Assembly: GCA_964448115.1 (NCBI GenBank)
Contig: CAYUVA010000017.1
Span: 1-64,000 of the forward strand
Length of the DNA stretch: 64,000 nt
Direction of reading: 5' to 3'
DNA from: an uncultured bacterium
GTDB lineage: Bacteria; CAYUVA01
Both the position numbers and the translations under genes were made by a program. The notes under the pieces are model-generated. The model was not told where the DNA came from. It worked only from the letters and a program-made list of their open reading frames with translations, and did not search any database. Each line of letters starts with the position of its first letter. The stretch's first letter is position 1. Positions 57,620 through 64,000 of this stretch are shown here, piece after piece.

Positions 57620-57886
57620 ATGAGACTGGATAAATTTCTATCGCAATCGAGAATTATCAAGCGTCGTACACTAGCCAAACAATACTGCGATCAGGGATTG
57701 ATTAAGGTCAACGGTTCCATTGCCAAGGCGGGAAAGGAAATAAACAACGGCGATCGGATAACTGTCATCGCCAAGGGCTGGGAGCTTGTATTCGATGTCC
57801 TCGAGGTGCCGCAAGGCAATGTCCCCAAAAAGAGGGCAGGGGAGCTTTACCAGGTGCTCTCAAAAAGGAAGCTGGACGAGCGGTGA
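57620..57886 (+). CDS. S4-domain RNA-binding protein (YabO/RqcP/Hsp15-like)
   Basis: MRLDKFL..SRIIKRRTLAK..CDQG.I.VNG..AKAGKEI..GDRI. Confidence 0.9.
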   Translation: MRLDKFLSQSRIIKRRTLAKQYCDQGLIKVNGSIAKAGKEINNGDRITVIAKGWELVFDVLEVPQGNVPKKRAGELYQVLSKRKLDER

Positions 57887-60777
57887 GCGACAATACGGAT
57901 CAAACAATAAGGCGGTTCATCAGCCGACTTAAGCGAAGCAGCATAGCTAACTATATAAGCAGCACGCACTATATCCCCTTGCAAGCCGAGCGATACTTCC
58001 AGGGGAAACTCAAGCTGGATAAAAGGCTCATCGATGCCCTCAAAACAGAGGGAATACAGAACCTGTACAGCCACCAAGGGGAGGCTATAGAGCATATCCT
58101 AAAGGGGGATAATGTTCTGGTAACCACTCCCACAGCCAGCGGTAAGACGCTGGTTTACAACCTCCCCGTGCTCGAAGCCATGCTGAAAGATCCCTCGGCA
58201 AAGGCATTATACCTGTTTCCCTATAAAGCATTGGGGCAGGATCAGCACAAAACGCTTCAGGGATTGATCGAACGCATCCAAATGAAGGGGAAGATATCGG
58301 TCGGCATCTACGATGGAGATACATCGAGCTATCAGAGGAAAAAGCTGCGCATGAATCCGCCGAACATCATCATATCTAACCCTGATATGCTTCACTACGG
58401 GATGCTGGCATACCATGAGCTTTGGGAGGATTTCCTCAAGGAGCTTCGTTTCGTGGTAGTTGATGAGCTTCATGTCTATCGGGGTATCTTCGGCTCCAAC
58501 TGCCTTCAGATCTTTCGGCGCCTGCGCAGGATCTGCAATTACTATGGTTCGGCACCTCGCTACATATCCCTGAGCGCCACCATCTCAAATCCGACCGATT
58601 TCGTCAGCTCGCTATTCGATCTCCCCTTTCATGTGATAGATAAGAGCGGGGCGCCAGCGCGGGGAAGACATTTCATGTTCATAGATAGCGACCTAAGCAT
58701 CAACACCGTGGCTGCCGATTTGTTCATCTTGGCTATAAAACAGGGTTTAAAAACCATCGTCTTTACTAAAGCGAGGCGGATTACAGAGATCATCTACCGG
58801 CGGGTGGTACAACGAATGCCGCAGTTGCGGGATAAGATTAGCTCCTATCGGGCTGGTTTTCTCCCCGAAGAGCGCCGTGAGATAGAACAAGCGTTGTTCA
58901 ACGATCGCCTCAAGGGAGTCATATCGACCAGCGCCCTTGAGCTCGGTGTCGATATAGGTGGACTCGATGTCTGTATTCTAGTTGGTTATCCCGGCACCAT
59001 AACCAGCACCTTCCAGCGCAGCGGGAGAGTGGGGCGAGGGGATAGGGAGAGCCTAACTGTCCTGCTGGCACACCAGGATGCGCTAGATCAATACTTCATA
59101 CGCAATCCACAGGCGCTTTTCTCCTCCAAGTACGAGGGTGCGGTGGTCGATCCCCGGAATATTCCCATTCTCAAGAATCACCTGGTTTGCGCAGCTGCCG
59201 AATTGCCCTTGCTTTCCCCTGAAGAGGAGCCGTTCAGTGAGGTGATGAGGCAAGCGGTGCAGCAACTCGAAGCCGAGGGAGCGCTTATCCGCGATCACGA
59301 GGATGCAATATGGTACTCAACAAGGAAACACCCGCAGATCGATGTAAACATACGTTCCATCGGCGATACCTATTCCATCGTGGATACAAAATCGAACTCC
59401 ATTATCGGCACCATAGACGGCATTCGTGTATTTTATGAGTGTCATCCTGGCGCGATCTATCTTCACCGCGGAATGCAATACCAGGCGATAAATATCGATA
59501 CCGAGAGGCATCTGGTCTATGTCAAGCCGACCCATGAGCAGTACTACACGGAGATACGATCTGCCACGGAGACAGAGATCCTCGATGTAAAACAAAAAAA
59601 GCCGGTGAAGAACTTCATCGCCCACTTCGGTACCGTCAAGGTTACCGAGCAGATCCACGGTTATGTAAAGAAGAAAATCCAGACCGGCGAACAACTAGGT
59701 ACTTTCACGCTCGATTTGCCCCCCATCATATTCGAGACCACCGCGCTTTGGATACGGGTGGAGAACTTCATCAAGGACAAGATCGATGAGGAGAACTTAC
59801 ACTTCATGGGAGGTCTCCATGCAACCGAGCACTGCGCCATATCGGTCTTTCCGCTCTTTGCGCTCTGCGATCGCTATGATATCGGTGGGATCAGCTTTAA
59901 TTATCATCCCCAGCTCGGTTGTGGGGCGGTATTCATCTATGACGGGTACCCGGGTGGAATAGGCTTAGCCAATCGAGGATATGAGATGGTCGAAGAGCTG
60001 CTCAAAACCAGCCTTACGGTCATAAATGATTGCGATTGCGAGGTCGGCTGCCCGGCTTGTATATACTCACCCAAGTGCGGAAGCGGTAATAAGCCTTTGG
60101 ACAAGGAGGCTGCTGCCAGAGTGCTGCAATGCCTGCTCAATATGAAACCGCTCAAGGAGCAAACAAGCAGTAAGAAGCCAGCCAACAAGGATCAACCTAT
60201 AAAAAAACTTGAAAAACCAAAAGGGATTAAGGTTGTCGTCTTCGACCTGGAGACGCAGCGCAGCGCAGAGGAGGTCGGCGGTTGGCAGAACGCTCACCTT
60301 ATGGGGGTCAGTGTCGGGGTTGTCTGGGACTCCTCTGATCAGCAATATCATGTATATCATCACCACCAGGTCGATAAGATAATAGAGCATCTGAAATCGG
60401 CTGATCTCGTGGTCGGCTTCAACCAGGTACGCTTCGATTACAAGGTGCTTAGCGGCTACAGCGCATTCGACTTCTCAAAGCTCAATTCGCTCGACATCCT
60501 CGCCCATGTCAAGAAGCGTATCGGCTTCAGGTTGAAACTGGAACAACTGGCAGAACACACGCTCAATGAACATAAGGCTGGCGATGGATTGCAAGCGCTG
60601 AATTGGTGGGCACAAAAGAAGTTAGATAAGCTGGTAGAATACTGCAAGAAGGATGTGGAGATCACGCTTAGGCTTTATCAGCACGGATTAAACAAGGGGT
60701 ATCTTGTATATCGTAACAAGGACAAGAAAAAGGTAAGGTTGCCGGTTGACTTCAGGCAAACAAATAATGAGCAATAA
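57883..60777 (+). CDS. MrfA/YprA (Hrq1-like) DEAH helicase with DUF1998, fused to an RNase H-like exonuclease domain
   Basis: LYSHQ, TPTASGKT, NPDMLH, DELHVY, SALELGVDIG, QRSGRVGR, YDGYPGGIG, CDCEVGCPAC..C; C-terminal VFDLETQ..GFNQVRFD..YCKKDV. Confidence 0.9.
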   Translation: MSDNTDQTIRRFISRLKRSSIANYISSTHYIPLQAERYFQGKLKLDKRLIDALKTEGIQNLYSHQGEAIEHILKGDNVLVTTPTASGKTLVYNLPVLEAMLKDPSAKALYLFPYKALGQDQHKTLQGLIERIQMKGKISVGIYDGDTSSYQRKKLRMNPPNIIISNPDMLHYGMLAYHELWEDFLKELRFVVVDELHVYRGIFGSNCLQIFRRLRRICNYYGSAPRYISLSATISNPTDFVSSLFDLPFHVIDKSGAPARGRHFMFIDSDLSINTVAADLFILAIKQGLKTIVFTKARRITEIIYRRVVQRMPQLRDKISSYRAGFLPEERREIEQALFNDRLKGVISTSALELGVDIGGLDVCILVGYPGTITSTFQRSGRVGRGDRESLTVLLAHQDALDQYFIRNPQALFSSKYEGAVVDPRNIPILKNHLVCAAAELPLLSPEEEPFSEVMRQAVQQLEAEGALIRDHEDAIWYSTRKHPQIDVNIRSIGDTYSIVDTKSNSIIGTIDGIRVFYECHPGAIYLHRGMQYQAINIDTERHLVYVKPTHEQYYTEIRSATETEILDVKQKKPVKNFIAHFGTVKVTEQIHGYVKKKIQTGEQLGTFTLDLPPIIFETTALWIRVENFIKDKIDEENLHFMGGLHATEHCAISVFPLFALCDRYDIGGISFNYHPQLGCGAVFIYDGYPGGIGLANRGYEMVEELLKTSLTVINDCDCEVGCPACIYSPKCGSGNKPLDKEAAARVLQCLLNMKPLKEQTSSKKPANKDQPIKKLEKPKGIKVVVFDLETQRSAEEVGGWQNAHLMGVSVGVVWDSSDQQYHVYHHHQVDKIIEHLKSADLVVGFNQVRFDYKVLSGYSAFDFSKLNSLDILAHVKKRIGFRLKLEQLAEHTLNEHKAGDGLQALNWWAQKKLDKLVEYCKKDVEITLRLYQHGLNKGYLVYRNKDKKKVRLPVDFRQTNNEQ

Positions 60778-61516
60778 AATAAGGTTGCAGAAATACCTAT
60801 CCCAGGCTGGAGTTTGTTCACGCAGGCAAGCTGAACAGCTCATAAAACAGGGGAGGATAACCATAAATGGCAAGCGCACCTTTCAACTTGGAACCAAGGT
60901 CGAACCCAATAGGGACAAGGTATGCGTTGACGCTGAAGTTGTTGCCCCGGATGCAGAGAAAATTTATATTGCCTTGTACAAGCCAAAAAAGTACATAACA
61001 TCGCTTAAAGATCCAAGGGGGAGACGAACCATAAAGAAGTTTACCTATGATCTCCCTTCGCGGGTATTTCCTATTGGCAGGCTGGACTATCACAGCGAGG
61101 GGTTGCTTCTCTTAACCAATGATGGCGAGTTCGCTAACCTGGTCATGCATCCGTCATCGCAGATACCAAAGACTTATCAGGTGAAGATCCAGGGAAAACT
61201 GAGCACACAGCATAAAAGGAGCCTGGAAGAAGGGCTTGTTATTCGAGGGAGAAAGACCTCGCCGGCAAAGCTAGATTTCATCTCAAGCACCACGAGCAAC
61301 CAATGGTGGGAGATAACAATAGTCGAGGGAAGAAACCGCCAGGTAAGACGCATGTTCGAGGCACTCGGTTACAGAGTAAGCAAGCTCAAACGAGTAAGCA
61401 TCGGTCCGGTTACACTGAAAAAACTATCTCCCGGACAGATGAGACCGCTTACTAAGAAAGAGATCGATGGTTTAATCGCCCTGGCAACGGAGAAACAACT
61501 AAAAGAGAATGACTAG
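60767..61516 (+). CDS. rluB: rRNA pseudouridine synthase (RluB/RsuA family)
   Basis: RLQKYLSQAGVCSRR (S4), PIGRLDYHSEGLLLLTNDG, EGRNRQVRRMF. Confidence 0.9.
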   Translation: MSNKIRLQKYLSQAGVCSRRQAEQLIKQGRITINGKRTFQLGTKVEPNRDKVCVDAEVVAPDAEKIYIALYKPKKYITSLKDPRGRRTIKKFTYDLPSRVFPIGRLDYHSEGLLLLTNDGEFANLVMHPSSQIPKTYQVKIQGKLSTQHKRSLEEGLVIRGRKTSPAKLDFISSTTSNQWWEITIVEGRNRQVRRMFEALGYRVSKLKRVSIGPVTLKKLSPGQMRPLTKKEIDGLIALATEKQLKEND

Positions 61517-62261
61517 ATTTTCCCAGCTACCTGTAATAATGCTTATGCTTTCCTGCAACCTGTGCGTATTTATTGGCTCATGCCACAAACGAGATAGCGC
61601 CTTTGAGCGGGACCTTTTGGATGTCAACTGGCAAGAGATAGTGGATCTGGCAAACGGCTCCGAGGTGCAGATATTGATGCAACAAGGGAATGATGCAGCC
61701 GGCAAGTGGATCGATACCTACCTTTTAAGCAGCATGAAGATACTCTACAACATCAAGGTAAACCGGATCCAGGTGCCATTATCTCAGCTAGAATCGATAA
61801 TCGATGGCAAGGGTACGACCAAGTGCGAGCTTATATGGATCAACAGCCAACAGGTGGCATCGATGCTGGATCGCACAAAGCTGTACGCTCCCATTGAAAA
61901 CCTGCTGCCCGCGGTTGTCGAATTTATGAGGCTGAATATGCCATGCCTGAATTATCCATATCATTCCAGCCACTCTGCCTATGTTGTTCCGTGGGGTAGA
62001 AGCATATCAGGAGAAAGCACAATACCTCACTTCTTGGGTGTGCTTGAATCATCGGATAACAAGCCCGGCGGGTTAGTTACATTAAACTTCATGCTCACCC
62101 CGCAGGCTCAGCTATCAAAGTACGATCCCGATTATTGGGGGGACCTTCCTGTAATTTGCCTTGAAACAAGCCTGGATAAAAACAACCTTGAGAGGCTGAA
62201 AATAATAAATTCAAGATACGGGAAACCTCCAGTGGAGCTTCTAATGCAATGTTGTCCATAG
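61509..62261 (+). CDS. Shortened periplasmic solute-binding protein (YnjB-like), probable lipoprotein
   Basis: Leader ending IGSC; WQEIV..ANG..V..LM, ELIWIN, VVPWG, NFMLTPQAQLSKYDP.YWGD.PV resemble YnjB-type binding proteins, but the protein is only 250 aa. Confidence 0.55.
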   Translation: MTRFSQLPVIMLMLSCNLCVFIGSCHKRDSAFERDLLDVNWQEIVDLANGSEVQILMQQGNDAAGKWIDTYLLSSMKILYNIKVNRIQVPLSQLESIIDGKGTTKCELIWINSQQVASMLDRTKLYAPIENLLPAVVEFMRLNMPCLNYPYHSSHSAYVVPWGRSISGESTIPHFLGVLESSDNKPGGLVTLNFMLTPQAQLSKYDPDYWGDLPVICLETSLDKNNLERLKIINSRYGKPPVELLMQCCP

Positions 62262-62305
62262 GTTACACAATTGCCAAGAGAAAAGCCTACTGTAAGAGAA
62301 GTGGC

Positions 62306-64000
62306 TTATTCTATCGTAAGGTAAGGCCAGGGCAGGCTTGTGTTGCCAGCATTATCGGTGGCTACTAGCTCCAACAGGTAAATCCCCGACATGCCCTCCA
62401 ATTCGCCCTGCGGGAAATAGATCCTGAATCCGAACACGCCATCCTGGCTCTCAAAGTCTCCGTGTAGTCCATCATCATGCAATAGGATACCAGTCGGTTC
62501 ACCGTTATAGAGAACCTCCAGGCGTTGGATATCCTCGATTCCCTGGCGATCGCCGACTACTGCCAGGATAATGAAAGCGCCAGCTTCATCCTCGACCAAG
62601 AAGGTGTTGTAGTAGCCGGCAGCATAAATCACCGGGCGATCCATGGAATCTTTCCCTTCTGACATTATCAGACGATGATAGAATACCTCCCAGGATTGGG
62701 GGAGCGCTGGCTCCAAGTCGGCTGAATATGACCCCCCACTAGCATGATTGATGGTTAGATAAGGCCAGGTGAGGCTTACTGCCCCGGGGATGCTTATAGC
62801 CTGCAACTCCAGTAGATACTCCTTCGGCTGCAAGCCGGGAGCGACCTCGACACCAGACAGCCAGAAGACATCCGGATTGCCCTCCCAGCGAGGCAAAGTA
62901 ACTCCGGTCGGAGCGCCCCCGTAAAGAATATTAACCTTGCTTACTCCCTGTCCCTGCGGATCCGAGACCCAGGCTATCATGTCAAATATCCCGCCGGCTT
63001 CCCAGGTTATACTTGTGTTCATGTACCCTGCCATCAGTATGTAAGGCTTGGAGAATCGGGGATCAGAGGGGGTATAGGTAAGCGTCGGGGTAGCGCTTAT
63101 TGCTTCTGTGGGGGTAACTGTTGGCGTTGCTGTGGGCGTCGGGGTTACCGTCCTCGATATGATGAAGAAGCTGTAAATGTCGGTAGGCATGGAGATCCCG
63201 TTCCAGTCTGAGCAATCGATGGTTACATTGACCACCTGATCGAACTGGAAGGGATACTCCGGGTAGTGTGTCAGATGCAGGTTGAAGTCCGAGCCGCGAA
63301 GATTATAGGTAACATCCACATCCTCGACGGTCATCCGTATTGAGTGCCGGTTCACTCCGCTGTCATCATCTTTTATCCTCAGGGAGATATTGCAATCCGG
63401 CGGCACTGATCTCTGGTTCTTTGCTGGATCGTGTCCATCGGTGTAAGGTGAGGATGGGTGCGGGGTGCGCGTGGGGGTAGCAGTCGGAAATATTGATCCA
63501 GTGGCGGTCGGGGTCAGGGAGTATTCGATGGTGAAATAATAGACCTCGCGCAGCATGGGATTGTGGTTGATGTCAGAGGCATCCACCGTGATGGTTACCC
63601 TTTGTCCATATCTAAAGGGCTGGGGAGGCTGATATGACACATGAAAGCCACCGCCGATGGCGCTGAGGTTCGGCGTTACTAGCTCCCCGTTTACCGTCAT
63701 CGATATCGATGAGCCATCTACTTGGCTATCGTCGAGGATATCGAACTCGATGGATGTATTGGCAGGCACATCCTCAGCATACCTCTCGGGATGATGGTTG
63801 GTTACAAATGGTGGTTCTGAATCGCCAGAGCCGAGGCAGTAAAGCACATTGGAGCCTTGCTGCCCGACTAATAAGCTGCCGTCCTCAGCCACTGCCAGAG
63901 AGCCGGCTATCTCCATGCCTGATTGGAGAGCTTCGCTCCACCTTCCGAATCCGTCGTTATCCAATGCATAAACGATGCCCCCAGAGCTGCCAAAGTACAT
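62306..64000 (-). CDS. Large secreted protein (C-terminal part): propeller repeats, Ig-like domains, Pro/Thr linkers and tandem C-terminal domain
   Basis: YFGSSGGIVYALDNDG (PQQ-like propeller), two PP.V....P....VP....I...DD Ig-like repeats, PTPT linkers, two C-terminal repeats ending WPYLTI; starts outside the window. Confidence 0.75.
   Translation of the reverse strand: MYFGSSGGIVYALDNDGFGRWSEALQSGMEIAGSLAVAEDGSLLVGQQGSNVLYCLGSGDSEPPFVTNHHPERYAEDVPANTSIEFDILDDSQVDGSSISMTVNGELVTPNLSAIGGGFHVSYQPPQPFRYGQRVTITVDASDINHNPMLREVYYFTIEYSLTPTATGSIFPTATPTRTPHPSSPYTDGHDPAKNQRSVPPDCNISLRIKDDDSGVNRHSIRMTVEDVDVTYNLRGSDFNLHLTHYPEYPFQFDQVVNVTIDCSDWNGISMPTDIYSFFIISRTVTPTPTATPTVTPTEAISATPTLTYTPSDPRFSKPYILMAGYMNTSITWEAGGIFDMIAWVSDPQGQGVSKVNILYGGAPTGVTLPRWEGNPDVFWLSGVEVAPGLQPKEYLLELQAISIPGAVSLTWPYLTINHASGGSYSADLEPALPQSWEVFYHRLIMSEGKDSMDRPVIYAAGYYNTFLVEDEAGAFIILAVVGDRQGIEDIQRLEVLYNGEPTGILLHDDGLHGDFESQDGVFGFRIYFPQGELEGMSGIYLLELVATDNAGNTSLPWPYLTIE

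Overview
A 64-kb scaffold fragment (one 100-N gap at 17387-17486) from a diderm bacterium, judged by its LptC/LptA, PilT and GspJ/K genes. Most of it is housekeeping and envelope genes: alaS (partial), pilT, queH, an ECF transporter, mutS, tRNA-Val(GAC), fadN/fadA, pyrH-frr-cdsA, rluB, glycosyltransferases and two SPFH systems. The main accessory region is a visibly AT-richer Type III-like restriction-modification locus at about 14.4-21.1 kb. It runs res, then a small GIY-YIG nuclease followed by an array of TGTCA-tagged palindromes, then mod. The mod gene is split inside its SAM-binding motif (DFF|CGSGTT) by a 363-aa intein. That intein carries a DUF559/Vsr-like endonuclease instead of a LAGLIDADG domain, plus an in-frame array of six ~39-bp poly-C/poly-G hairpins. 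Both palindrome families recur, nested inside each other and with IS-like inverted ends, at hot spots near 1.9-2.3 kb, 13.7 kb and 56.2-56.45 kb. This suggests nuclease-associated REP/MITE-like mobile palindromes with no RAYT in the window (inference). Other notable items are a CDF-transporter-HflK fusion in an hflK-hflC-hflK-like operon, a tandem C-terminal domain shared by two unrelated secreted proteins, a GT2-WcaJ fusion, a multi-repeat LptC/LptA protein, and a Tat-exported aldo-keto reductase next to a diheme cytochrome c. All family calls come from motif recognition by eye; no database searches were run.
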